The notes: generated by a model from the sequence alone, not told the origin. A stretch of DNA of 64,000 bases from Macrostomum lignano (GCA_002269645.1 NIVC01000067.1:124001-188000); one strand, 5' to 3'; shown: positions 38,776 through 55,562, counted from the stretch's first letter. Made by a program: numbers and translations.

Positions 38776-41700
38776 ACCATTTTGACACCACAATGCCTTT
38801 TTAGCACTCAAAGCACCTCTAACGCAGTTGATTCAAAAGACGAGGCACCAAGAAAGCACAATGTGTTTTTGGCTTGCACGATCGCATTGGACACAAACAA
38901 AGCGTTCAGATCGAAGCACCTTCTCGTTCTACAAAGTAAAGGTGACAGCTGTTAATTACGAACGTAAAAGCGCGAACTATGAGTTATAATTGCCTCAGCC
39001 AAGATGGGGGGGGGGCTTCAGTTAGCAATTGTTCTCCACACAGCTTTATGCCTATATTTCGAATTATAGGCGCTAATGAATATCCATTGTTCGAAAAACC
39101 GCGTGCGCAGTGGGTGGAACCGGGGGTCTCCGAAAATGAAAAATGGTTGGCCCCCAGCCAAGCGTTACTATGGCTCCAATATTTGCCATTCAGTCGACAA
39201 CGGGAAATTGAGCATCTAATTTTCATTCACCGGTCAGTCACTCCCCCCGTACCCATTCTCCGACGTCAACAACAAAGGGAAAAGTGAGGCCCGGGTGCAG
39301 ATGAGGCAGTTCGTCAATCTTCTCCGCGCATCGTCCCGCAATATTTTGTTGAAAAAGTCGCGATCGCAGAATTCTCATCCTGGCTCACCAACTGGCCATT
39401 CCACCGCCCCGTCCCCTCCGGGATATGATCGATGGATCGGGCGGCGGCCTTGGCGCTTGGTCTCTGGCTTTCCCAACAAAACTGAAAGCATACAGTAGCT
39501 CCCCATAGCTTCAATTAATAAAGCAGTGTAACTCTCCCACTCTGACGCAAGGACCCCATTTCTTTCCTTAAAAACCCCCGTTTTAGTACAGCGGACTGGT
39601 CAGCAGTTGTCGAACTGTGACGCCGGAGTCTTGGCGCAGAAGAAAACACACACAGTCCGCGAGCTCGCGAGTCCTGCTGCCATAAGCGACCTCCCCACCC
39701 AGCTTAGGAACTCTCCGGGGCTGCGCAAACAGAGCTGCCCTAAGCAAGGTAGCTTTAGTGACAGCACGGTGACTGATGATAAGCATCGGCGGGGGGGAGA
39801 AGCCATCTGGCGTTGAGTTTGAACTTCGCTGTCCCAGCGGCCACGCCACCCGCTCCCCGCCCACCCCGCAGTGAAATACGCTGCACTGAGCAGAGGCATC
39901 GGGGCTGAGCTGCATTCTAGGGAGGGGGGGGGGCTCTGCGCGATTTCCCAAACTGAACTGCCTCACTCTGCTCACTCCATTACCCAGTCGTGCCTTAAAA
40001 TAATTACCTTCTTTGTTCCAAGCGTCTGGGCTTTCTCGAACCCCAGAAAATTCCCTAAGCTCAGTTGAAAGAAGCAGAAAATATGATTTGCCAGTTTCTG
40101 CTTTAGAAGCGAAGAAGGTCTTTGTCCTCTGGCTGGTCCAAGCCTTTCGTACTCGACAGCAGCAGCGCAGAGGAGATAAAAAAGAAATTGAGTCAGAAAG
40201 GGGAAGCAGGACCTGGGAATCGAGCAAATCCCTGCTGCAGGCAGGCTCACGGATGAGGGGTGGTGGTTAAAGAATCCCAGTGCCTCCCTAATTTGCAAGG
40301 CCCAAGGTTGTAACCATAAAATCAGTTTCTTTTCGCATCTATAAATTAACAAAATTGGTGCGCTCTTCGTCTTAGTCAGTTCCCAATCCTTCTGCCGCCC
40401 TTTGTGGCCATAACTTGTCGGTAGTTCGCTTTGATTCCAAGGCAGACAGAGAATTGACGGAAACAGCCTGTCACGCAGCTTAGGTAAATTCCCGATAAAA
40501 TTCGCCTCATCATTTTAGATTTTTTTCTAACAAAAACCGATTGATTTAGACTTATCGTCGGCAAAAATCTCTTTGAAGTCCGTTTCATTCGAGCGAGAGC
40601 GTACTCGTAGGTTTCTGGGTGGAAGAAATCGCAGTCTCAGGCAACTCCGTGCTGGCTCAACTCCTAGTCCTTGCTTTCTTACGGTCAGCGTCTGATAGCC
40701 TGAAGGGCCTCTGCTTCCTCCATTGTTAAAAATGAAAGGAGGTATAGCGGCCTCGTAAGTGAGGAAAAATGAAAAATCCCCCCTCAGGTCGTTACAGTAC
40801 CTCCTTGCTCCTGTCAATATGTGCTGTGTCCGTTCAAGGCTACTCAAAAATCGCCTTTCCTCTGCATAGCATGCCTCTATAAGTTTCCTTTTCATGTGTT
40901 CTCGTGTCAAAATTTTGACTGCTTCTGACCTCAGTTTTCAGCTCTAAAATTCTCGCGACACCTTTTAAAGTATTGCCGTGTTTAGCCTACTTTACGCTAT
41001 CGATCAGCCTGTAACCCTTGGCCAGTGAATTCAGGATTTCAGGGTCGACAGGGGCGCCACTCTTTGGATGTCAGAGTCAGGGGGCGCCATGTTGGATGCC
41101 AGAGGCGCCATGTTGGATGCCAGAGGCGCCATGTTTGATGTCAGAGGCCGCCAAAAAGGCGCCTGTGACGCTAACCTGAGTCGTATACCTACCCAGAGGA
41201 TCGCGCATGCATTCCATTCGATGCACTAATTAGAAAAATAGACTTGCCGAAATTATAATAATGGGCTCCCAGTATTTTTGCAACGAGGCCAGCTAGGAAA
41301 TCTTTCTTCCTTATTTCTCCTCTTATCCGACTACTACAAGGCTTCCTAGACAGGCAAGGTCGAGCGGCTTCGCCATTTCCCAAATGCTAAAGCATTTCTG
41401 AAGCGCACAGCTTATGCCTGACTGGTCCAATAGGGTTATGTCATCGACTGAGATGCCGCTCGGCGTGCCGAACTGTGGAGCAGCGACAGCTCAGCAGTCT
41501 TTGTTCTCTGGCCTTGCTCAGCCAGAGACGAATGGAATAATGAGCCATTCGTTAGGGGAAAGGATCGAAATCGGTGGGATAGAGGAGGGAGTTCCGATGC
41601 CAGCTCGGCCAGGCTAAACTCCTCTTTCCATCTTTAGCGTCCCGCAACCCCCTCTTCTCTCCTCGATTTTAGTAAAGTGAACTCCCAGACACTGCGGTTC

Positions 41701-41977
41701 TCCTTAAACTCAAACTCTCTCTCTCTCTCCTCATCTCTTCTCCCTGTCTCCAAGCTTAAGGTGAGTAAGGGCCGATTGGAACGAGTTTGAAGAAACAGGA
41801 GAGGGGAGAGGATGGGGAAGATGGGGGGAGGTAGCTGCAGAACCAAAATGAAGGGAAGCGGAGCGAACTAGGGGGGGGGCTCAGGAAGATGCACTGGGCA
41901 GGAAAGTTGAGGCTGGCGCACCCTTCCCTTTTCCCCTCTGCTCATGGACCCCCCAGTCTCCAATACCACCTCCGGGC

Positions 41978-42046
41978 CAGGGACCTCTTAAGCTAGCACC
42001 GGGACACGCAAGGTTTTTTACCCCCCTGCAAGATGAGGCCGGTTTT
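41978..42046 (+). repeat. P-element 3' end: TIR 41978-42014, 9-bp spacer, internal inverted repeat 42024-42046
   Basis: CCCTGCAAGATGAGGCCGGTTTT is the exact reverse complement of 45898-45920. Confidence 0.9.
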
Positions 42047-42608
42047 GGCCAATTGTGTGTGGCTGTATTTTGCAGCAGTGATACGCACGCTAGTGGATAT
42101 TTATGCGGTTTTCTACAATATGCTTGCTTTTGCTTTCCAAAAATGATTATTTGGATAAATAGAAGTTTATTCACGTATATTTTAAAATCTCTTATTGATT
42201 TATTCAGTAAAATTTAGTTAGACAAAAACGTTTAAATTTCAGAGCAAGTAAGCAATTTTCAGTACATTTTATAGCAATTTTAATCGCAACGCAGTTTTCA
42301 TTTTATCAGCAAAAACATCATCTATCTATCCAGTAACTTTGTGGTAATTAAAATTTTAAACAGATTATTCAACGTTAGTTAAATTAGTAAATTAGTAAAA
42401 CAGCGCATTGAGAAGCATCAAAGTACGAGTATACGGTAATATAACGCATTGTGAAATATTGATGCATTCAGATATGTGCATAAGTGCCAAAAAGCATAAG
42501 ATAATTCCAGATGGCTTTTAATCTATGAGTTACATTTGACGACATAGTAATTGAGAACATGTCCATTAATACAGTTTCAATGAATATGAAGATGATATGA
42601 TCATTGCC

Positions 42609-45600
42609 TTACTTGTCAGTGCACAGGCTGGAAAGCTTCGCAACCTTCCTACTTCTTCTGGCAGCGGTGCTGGCTGCTGACAAGTCCTTCGACAGGTTCT
42701 TCATCATCGAGTTAAAGAAGAATCTGACAACGCCGCCCTTGATGCAGTGGCCTTGAGAACAGATAGTGCGACCAAAGAAGCTTTCCATGAAGATACCGTC
42801 CTCCATCAGCTCGTCCACGAGGTTGGAGAACAGCAGCATCTGGCTCGAAGCGCAGAGCAGCTGGCATCGCAGTGTTTCGCTCTGTCGAATCTCCTCAAAA
42901 ATTCTCCAACAGTGGCTTGCTAGATTGAAAACAACTGCAGCCGGCTTGGACAGCCCGCCGCGATTGATCTCGTCAATAAAAGTGGAGGCAGCGGACTGGA
43001 CCGGAGCATCTGCTTCAAGAGGAGGCAGAACATCTGATTCAAGCAGAAGCTCCCGGCAGGACTCGCAGCCACGCCTGTTCTGCAGAAGCTTCTTTGCGAT
43101 GCAGCCGCTCATGTAGTAGATGACAGTGCAGTCGGATTCTCCAGGCTGAAAAGTCATCTCCATTTTCGCTGCCATCTCCTGAGCCAGTTTCTTCATGTTG
43201 GACTCAACATCAGGAAAATAAGTCGACTCGGCGATTGCACGGTCAATATCGTGGAGCGAAAACTGCGAGAACTTGAGCAAACTGATAGCTGCAATCTTCC
43301 GGTTGTTCTCGGAGAGCTGCCTGGCCGAGATGAAATAGTTCGCTCCAGACATCTGGCGAAGCCAACCGAATCTGCGCTCGATGCTGTCAGACTGCAGGGC
43401 ACCGAGCAGGACGTAGGAAAAGTCTTCACGGTCCAGAAGGTGCCTCGCGCACGCAGCGATAGCTCGGCAGGTATGGCGACAAGCCAAGAAGGTCTCCCTG
43501 GACAAGCCGCGGCTGCCGGAAGTTTCCCAAGACTGAAATCATGTGTGTGAAATGGAAAAGAATTTAAGCTAAAGTAAACTAAATTATTTTAAACTAAGTT
43601 TTAAACTAAAGTTTAAAATAATTTTAAGATAGCTTTTCTTTTTCTTGTCGGATACTTTTACTATACTAACACGTCCGTTATTTAAAGTAAACTATACTAT
43701 ATACTCTACTCTACTGTACTTGGCCTATTTTGGTTGTACTGTAAGTACACTTATGTTCTCTTCTTTTCCTCACCTGAAGAAACTCGCTGAATTCCTCAAG
43801 ATACTGAAGCTTCCAGTCGAGAGATGACCGCACAGGATCCTGATCTATGTCGCGCTTTCGCCGGCCTTTCGATGCCGTCTTGACATTGAGAATTTTCCAG
43901 AGCTTAAGCACAGCGCCGATGAACTCTGCGGTGTCGGTCCAGTCCTTTCCTTCGTGATCGGAGTAATACTTGAGCGCGTCGCGTGTTGACTCGCAAAAAA
44001 CCGCCGCTGCCAACTTCGCGGATGATTTTTCAATGCTTCGCGGGCTGATTACAGTTGGACTCAACTTGTGGGCCAGTCGCACTGTTTTGCAGGCTTCGAT
44101 ATTGTACAGATCAGTGATGTGCTGAAACTGGGCCTCACAAGTGCGCAGCAAAACAGGTGGAAAGGCAGGACATTGGAAGTTTTTTCTGACTTGGAAATTG
44201 TTGTAGATGTTCTTGAGGTTGTGCACAGGATCGAAGAAAACGAACATCGGCTGACCCGTGGTTTTGTCGATTACCGAGGTCTTGAGCTCTCCATCGCAGA
44301 TGTAGTCAGTGGCGAATTTACGATTGACTGCAGCATTGTCAAGTGAGACGGCAATCACAGTAAAATTCAAAGCTCGCAGCAGTTCCATCACATCTTGAAA
44401 CCAAGTGTGAAGCTTCTTGGCTGTTAAGTTGGCTACAGCCTGCATTGCTACCATGTCCTTGTACTTCCCAGCAATGGACTTAATCATGAAGCAGCAGTAC
44501 GTGGTAGCAATCGCTCCGCATTCATCAACTCCGCGTACTTGCCCGGCACTGTATTCGATTCGGCTGGCTATGTAAATCTCATCCACCATTAGCAGCACCA
44601 CTTTCTCCATCTGAGTCAGCTTACTTGCTCGAAGGCGCAGGTAGCCGTGGCTACTCAATCCATCCCGTCCAACTCGTCTGGTGACATTTTGCAGCGTTCT
44701 CACTGACGGGAGGTGAAGAACTTCTTGCTCACGCAGAGCATTGTAAGCGGAGGTGCTGATGGAGTAAATCATATAGCTTAGAACTATTAGCTCTTGAGAG
44801 TAGACTCTTGCTGCCTTTTTAGTCCTACTGAGCTGTAGCTGCTCCAGGAGAAATGCCACAGATCTGTCTTCCTTCCGTTCGAGCACATTTGTTAGGCTAT
44901 CCTCTGCCAAGTCAAGGAAGCCGTTAGCCTGCTCGGGCGATTCAGACAGATTAGTGCTTTCCTTCCAGTTCTTTACCCTTGCCATAAGATTCAGCAGCCC
45001 ACTAATAGTAGAAATCATGCCTTCGTTACCAGCAAAATCGGTCACCTTGTCCTTCGACAGCGGGGAGCCGTTGATACCAATAGAAACTTTATGATCGGAG
45101 TCAATGCAGATGGAACAGGTGATCCGGCAGACTGGCTTCACATCCAGCATGTAAATACACAACTGGCCGTCGCAGATGCTGGTGTGAAATCCAGCAGGTC
45201 GGCTCTGCTCTGCATCGAGCAACTCCTGAATCTCCACGGGTGTGCGATCGAGAATTGAGTCTTCAACAAAAAAATCGTCGATCTCACTCTGAAGACGCAT
45301 ATTGTCCAAGTCGAGTCGAGCAGAGGATGTTGCTGCACACGTGCTTCGCGCTGGTTGTCGAGGCGTTGACAGATACTTTGGTGCATTGGGAAAAATCTTA
45401 GGCACAGCATCGGGCTTCAGATATCGCTTTTTAAGCGTGCTGCTGTCCCTCTTGCGCCAGGTGCCAAAGGAGTCCCGAGACGTTTCAACGAAATCTTGCT
45501 CCGAAAAGTGCAATGAGCAAATTCGCATGTACTTCGTTGGCTCCAAGTTTTGATTGGGAATCGATTTCTTCCACTTTTCTAGCAAGTCTGGGTCGCTCAG

Positions 45601-45687
45601 TGGAAAAGAATGGAATGTAACAGTTTCAGCAGTTGCAGAACTTGTGTATCCACTTTTGCAGCCGACTGCAGAGCACTTGTTGACCAT
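42609..45687 (-). CDS. P-element transposase with N-terminal THAP domain; exons 45687-43774 and 43532-42609, 945 aa
   Basis: THAP motif MVNKCSAVGC...FHSFP...W...RICSLHF. RNase H-fold catalytic motifs MVDEIYI, SLDNAAVN, FDPVHNLKNIYNNF, QSDSIERRFGWLRQ. C-terminal YYMSGC...C..C...RGGL. Phase-0 intron CAG|GTGAGG...TTTCAG|TCT joins FLQ|SWETSG. Confidence 0.93.
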
Positions 45688-45897
45688 GCTGCAAATTTAA
45701 TACTTTTTAATGCAAATATAAGTTCACTAAAAATATTATTTCCGTAAGGGCCACAAGCAAAATGAATACGGATCGAGGAAGTACTGAGAAAAATTTGCTG
45801 TTGAAAACTTGGAGGAAGCTCCAGTTCCTTCTAATATTCGAAGTATATAAGCAAGCAGACAAAGCAAGTCTGTGCATTTCCTCCCTGCCCCCTGTAA

Positions 45898-45977
45898 AAA
45901 ACCGGCCTCATCTTGCAGGGAAACCGTGACTCATGGCCATACCTTGCGTGTCCCGGTGCTAGCTTAAGAAGTCCCTG
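45898..45977 (-). repeat. P-element 5' end: internal inverted repeat 45898-45920, 20-bp spacer, TIR 45941-45977
   Basis: Read directly by comparing the two ends. Confidence 0.9.
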
Positions 45978-46746
45978 CTCCGGGCCTTCTCATTGCTTCC
46001 GTGTGCACCCCTGCAATCCCCAAGTCCTCTCTTCCTCATCTCCCCTTCAGGCCCGCGAGTGTGCGTGTGTGTGTGTGTGCTCACAACTCCGTGACAGCTG
46101 CCTCTCGGCCCAATAGGTGCCCGTCAATACCAAAGGCTCCAGGACCACGGCTCGGTGGGGGGGGGGGGCTTTCGCATACGCGGCACACCAATCACCCACC
46201 CCCAGGCTGGCCAAAACTTCACCGAGGGGGGTAAGGGAGTTTTGGGCCCCTTTAGTTCAAGCCACCCCCTTTACCTAGTCTCTTTTCCTTCGGCCAAGTC
46301 CCCGATCCCATCCAGCCAGACCCCTCACTCCCCTCTGCCCATCTCAGTCACCCACCCCATCCGGAGTCCGAAGAGGAGAACTAAATAAGCGGCAGGGCTT
46401 CGGGGGGTGGTGGCTTGAAGCGGAGAGATTTTTGGGGCTTTGGATTTTCTGTTAGTGGCATTAAAAACCGGGCCCCTTTGCCCTGCGCGCACGCAATACG
46501 GGCAGCTCGCACGCGAGCCTGAGCAGAAAAGCAGCCCAATTTTTTTCTCCTGCTGAAGTGCCGTTCTGAGCAGCGGTAGCAGCATTGCCAGCCCAGCCAT
46601 CCAGTCTCCATCTCTTCCTCCCCAGCCACTGCACCGCTGCTCGCAGAAAAGAGGAGAAGAGAAGCAACGAGCTGCGCTTCCTCATAAGAAGAATTCCCCA
46701 CACGAGGAAGTTGAGCTCCGGCTGAGCAACCAGAGCGATTTACTGA

Positions 46747-50803
<4,057 letters not shown>

Positions 50804-52783
50804 CTATTACCTCAATGCTAGTACTCTTCAACAGTAGTAGAGAATGTTCATTCTATACAGAGATTTTGGGCTACTGTAAAAAAACACAAAAATACTTTTT
50901 GCAAAATCCCTGTACTCTTGCAGGGTGGCATAGGGTACTTGCAGGTTAAATGGCCTAAAATTAGTTCCTGTAGTTGAATTTCTATATTAATCTTTCATAT
51001 TTATTAAAATCTTTAAGACTAAAGATTAGAGTTATTAGGATTTATTAAGATCTATATTGATCTTTGGATTGATTTTTAATTTAACAAAAATATTAGTTGG
51101 AAAAATAGTGATTTGAAAATATTGAAAATAAATTTAAATTTGAATACAAGGTGAGCTTAATTGAAATTAAGTAGCAAAAAATCAATGAAAAGCATTAGTT
51201 TATAAAAAAATAATGAACAAGTAATAAATAATTATTCCTGTTTACAAGCTATCATTCATAAGGTTGAACTAAAAGTTAAAAAGATAAAACGTGAATTAAA
51301 TTCAATATATTTTTCAAGGACAGCAAGCACAACCCGCTGCCACCTACCATTTGAGAGGCTGTTCACATGAAATTTTGAGGTCGAACCCTTTCCATACCTT
51401 TATATCCTACAGGTAATGAGCTTGATCTAGCCTAATTTTTTTGTTTGTTTCCTTATTGTAGAATGATCCACTTAGTTTTTCATTATGTAAGGAAAAATTT
51501 AGTAAGTCTAACCATCTGTCAGGGATGCCGAAAAAACTAAGGTTTAGTTGCTGATTTTTAGAGAATGAAATGTACCCTAGCTAAGCCATTGCGCCACTTC
51601 AAAACACTTAATCTCAATTTTCCCATTTATTCAGTGACAGTTTTTGCCTTTAGCGTCGCAATCAGCATACCTTTTTAGAATTTAAAGTTCATTTAATTTC
51701 TAATTAAAATAAAGTAACATAATATAATTTAAATGTAAGGCGCATTAGTAAGAATATAATTAGTATTATCAGTCAATGCTACTGTGAGTAGTGTTTTTAG
51801 TTTGGTAGTTTTTTAAATTAATGCACAAATTTGTTTAATTTTATGCTGTACCGGACCTCCGCCGAGTTCCTAATTTGTACATACTCAAACCCGGAATTGT
51901 TCGTTTATAGCCATTCGACTCGATAATTTAATTGTCCTCACCAATGTGAAGTGAACGTATCCGAATTGTGAAAAATACACTATTTTGTCGGCAAAGCCAT
52001 ATTCGTATTCGTGAGTCCTTGTCCTGTACTGAGCTTATCTTTGCCGCCTTCGTTATCATCATTCGTTGTTTTATTATTAATAATATTTTTGTGTGAGCCA
52101 ACCCAGTAGCACTTGCAAATCCCGCATCTTATATTTAACGTTTACGTTTGTCTTGACATGTGACACCATGCAATGATTGCTTAGCTGCAGACGCGTTTAG
52201 TTCTTGTTACTGTTAATTTGTTTCTCTCAATTATTATATTATATCTTGCAAGTTGCGCGGCTCAGTCTGCGTACACATAAGATTCGAATGAAAATCTGAT
52301 CCGATCTCTTAGGGATCTGTTGACCTTCATTACTTATTCGAATATCCATCGCTGCGCTCTCCAGGACCAGAACACTAGTTTAGGCAGCATACAAGTTTAG
52401 GGGTAAAAGCCGAATTTGAATGCAGGGAATGAATATAGGAAATTGCAATGATTTTTTATTTCTATTACTCATAAATTTATAAGTAACGGTCATAGAAAGA
52501 TTCGGTTTGCATCATTGAACGCAAAACATTCAAAACTTTATGATTCTCAAGTTAGAGCTGCATTATTCACAAAACTGTTGTTTCTTTAGTGCAAAATATA
52601 GATTTTGCAACCCTTTGTGTTGGACAGCTCGAACGCTAGTAGATCATGGAAGCCCCCGATGACATCACTTTCGAGGATTTTTTGTCTTTTCCTCTCAGCG
52701 TTTAGGTACGAGCCGTAGGATCGGTAGGAAAGGCAGGAAATGTAGAAAAGGAAAGGAACTGTTCCTCAGGAACAGTTTTGTTC

Positions 52784-53000
52784 AAGTAGGATGGCACATT
52801 TGGATGCTCAAGTAGGATGGCACATTTGGATGCTCAAGTAGGATGGCACATTTGGATGCTCAAGTAGGATGGCACATTTGGATGCTCAAGTAGGATGGCA
52901 CATTTGGATGCTCAAGTAGGATGGCACATTTGGATGCTCAAGTAGGATGGCACATTTGGATGCTCAAGTAGGATGGCACATTTGGATGCTCAATTAGGAT
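52784..53000. repeat. 26-bp minisatellite (CAAGTAGGATGGCACATTTGGATGCT), ~8 copies
   Basis: Tandem unit read directly. Confidence 0.93.
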
Positions 53001-53686
53001 GGCGCGCTTGGAAAGATGCTAGGTATGGCGTCAGAACTCAAGCGCCGATATTTTTCAGCTGCATTAGCAAATGCGGGCACTTACGGCTCAACTTGGAGTC
53101 CTGAGATTTGGTTACAAATAGCCTTTCTAAAAATGCAATGAGCAGATCCAGTAGTTTTGCTTTGGATCGCTGCGCAACTTCTCCAACTCTGCTGCTGTAC
53201 ACTTTCGTGGAATCGCGGGAGATCTATTTTTCCAGAAGCTCCGGCTGTGTAGATGGTGAAAATTTGTCCGTGGAGACTGCCGGACTGCCGAAAGCAGATT
53301 GGTGCAAAAGTGAAGATTGCGAGTGGTAATCGCGATTGGATTCCCACAGTTGGAATTGAATATCATGAATTATGTTTGCAGTCCTGGGCCCTTTATAGAC
53401 AAAGTACTTTGCACCTTGGCGTTCAAATGGTTATAGCATCAGCCCTGGTGCCGGATACACAGACCATCAGTATTCGAAAGTGGTTCAAATCTGGCGAGGC
53501 TCATCGGTCAGGTCTGCCCTTCATAGAGCTCACCATTCATCAATTCCGACGCATGGCCAGCTTGAAAGAGCGTTTGGAGGAATTCGCAATCTGATTCTAG
53601 AGCCTTCCCACAGGGCCCGTGCTGCAGTTGAGACATGCCATGCCGCTAGCTGTGGCAACACAGGCAATGGATAATGGAAAGCTGCC

Positions 53687-53905
53687 ATGTACATTTCAGT
53701 GGACTGGCTAATGTACATTATTGCTGAACCAATTAGCAAGTTGTTTACGCCTGCAAGCTTGGGCTTCTAAACCTCTTAAAGTCCTTTCAGCTATAAAATA
53801 GCTTATGTATTCTTCTTTGCTACTGAACTAAAAGTAGAAAGTTGTTTTACTAAGTATATGTGCCTGAGTGGCCCATCTGTAGTTACGTCGTATTTTAGTA
53901 TCTGT
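53687..53905 (+). repeat. Dispersed ~215-bp repeat, copy 2 (copy 1 at 25262-25476)
   Basis: See copy 1; same orientation. Confidence 0.85.
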
Positions 53906-55317
53906 GGACAGGGTTTACCTTTAACTGATATTAGTAGTTAGAATAGTTACTAGTTAGAATAATCTATTACACGTTAGAGTGGAAAGTTTTAGAAATCTGA
54001 GGGAAAATCTGGAATGTTGTATGGAATTTTCTAGAAAAGTTTGTGGTTCAAAAACTTAATAGTTATATCGTAGAAGTTCCTACTAGAAATTTATAAAATA
54101 CATACCTTCACTACACTAAACTTGGGCCCTTGCTGTTTGTGCAACTCTCGTTTTAATACCGGAAAGCACACTGGCCTCCTGCAGTCAAAATAAATACTTG
54201 GCAGGAGACTGGGAACTGTCTGTCTTTGTTTCATCTTTCTTTTCAATTATAGGTACAAAAGACATATTTCAATAGGGCTTTTTACTCTAACCTCTGCGAG
54301 TACATTGTCTCATTGTGTCAAAAATATTATTTTGAAAGTGCATTTTTCTCTCCTGCAGCAGCGTATTAAATCTTTTTATCTTATTAATGGGAGTGCAAAA
54401 CAATGTTTGTTTTAAATTTGCATACATAATAGTTGTTAAAATCACAAAAATGTGGCATGATTTTTATAGGTATTTACATATTTACGAAAAATTATATCAT
54501 TGAGGAAAATATTACTGTCGTATAGAAATTTATCCAAATATAACCAATCAAAAAGAGTGGCGACCGAGAGTGTGCAGATCATGCCGCTCACGGGCAATGC
54601 TCCTGGTCAGCCAACTCGAGACTAGGGATTATCGAACTATACTCGCTTTGGATTCAGATTTTAAGTCATTGTGAGAGCGAAAAAAGGCTGTTGGAGAAAA
54701 AAATAGCTAGTAGAGAGTTCGGTCAAGAAGAGTGGAAGAGTGGCACTGGCCGCTCCCAGCTGGTCCCCTTTGCATGGATTGAAAGCATTATCATGGAGCA
54801 TTTCTAGCTGCTGCCTAATGGGCCAGCGCTTCTCGATGGGTCATGGGTCTGATGGACCACTTTTGTCACTGTGGCTACCCCCGGGCTTTTGATAATCCCC
54901 GGGCTAATCCCCAGGTTCTTATGCACTTAGCGCATCCATTTTTACTGCCAGTCTGGACGAGGCTTTTTACTCGTAAGTCGAGACAGCTGAACTGGAAGCT
55001 GATCCCTGGTCTCAAACTATTGATGATTTTCTGTGCACCCTTAAAACAGCAAACAACATCAAGTATCGATTGCGAGATCATTAAAAGTGAGAGCAGGGCT
55101 GGCAGCAGGGTGTCCACATGCAGCGTCAGCAGCAGCACGTCCTGCGCCGGTTGTGAGCAGTACGACTCGGTGCGGATGAAGTTCCATCGGAGTCTGTACA
55201 TCGGGCATTTTTTGAATTGATGGATTTTATACTTTAAAACTGAATGAATTCCTCAGAACTCACAGAACAATGTAAGAATTAAAAATTAGAGAGCGCAATC
55301 CGCAAAGTTTAAAATAC

Positions 55318-55521
55318 GTGGTGAGTAGCGTTGCTACTCTGAGTTAGCGAACACGTCGGGGAGGGGCCGCCCCGGGCCTGTGTGGGCTCTCCGGTGTGCG
55401 TGCTCTGTCTGGCGGGGGGAGGGGTGGGTGCTTGAGTCCCCCCCGGCCCGGGGGGGTTTTTTAGGCCGCGCGGGGCTGCTCTGGCCCAGCTACCCTGTCT
55501 CGCGTTTGCAAGCTCAATTTT
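55318..55521 (+). repeat. Split direct repeat A1
   Basis: Starts GTGGTGAGTAGCGTTGCTACTC and ends GCAAGCTCAATTTT; duplicated at 59398-59603. Confidence 0.95.
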
Positions 55522-55562
55522 GCAATTTCTCAATTTCGCGTTTGTCAGCCAACTTGCTAAGC

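Larger units (their letters stand above)
41978..45977 (-). mobile_element. Full-length P-element-family (THAP9-like) DNA transposon, 4000 bp
   Basis: 37-bp TIRs (41978-42014, 45941-45977; CAGGGAC(C/T)TCTTAAGCTAGCACCGGGACACGCAAGGT, one mismatch). Perfect 8-bp TSD CTCCGGGC (41970-41977, 45978-45985). 23-bp internal inverted repeats and an intact transposase. Confidence 0.96.

Noticed and set aside
53127-53674. WICSLHF (THAP-like, minus strand) and THGQLERAF (integrase-like, plus strand) motifs
   Set aside because: Isolated short matches on opposite strands with stops nearby and no supporting motifs; may be chance or very old remnants.
55380-55562. Extended gag start at GTG 55380 and pol start at 56342 from the ORF track
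   Set aside because: 55380 lies within repeat A1 and the first ATG is 55563. The pol-frame sequence before 56600 overlaps the gag zinc knuckles and has no RT features.
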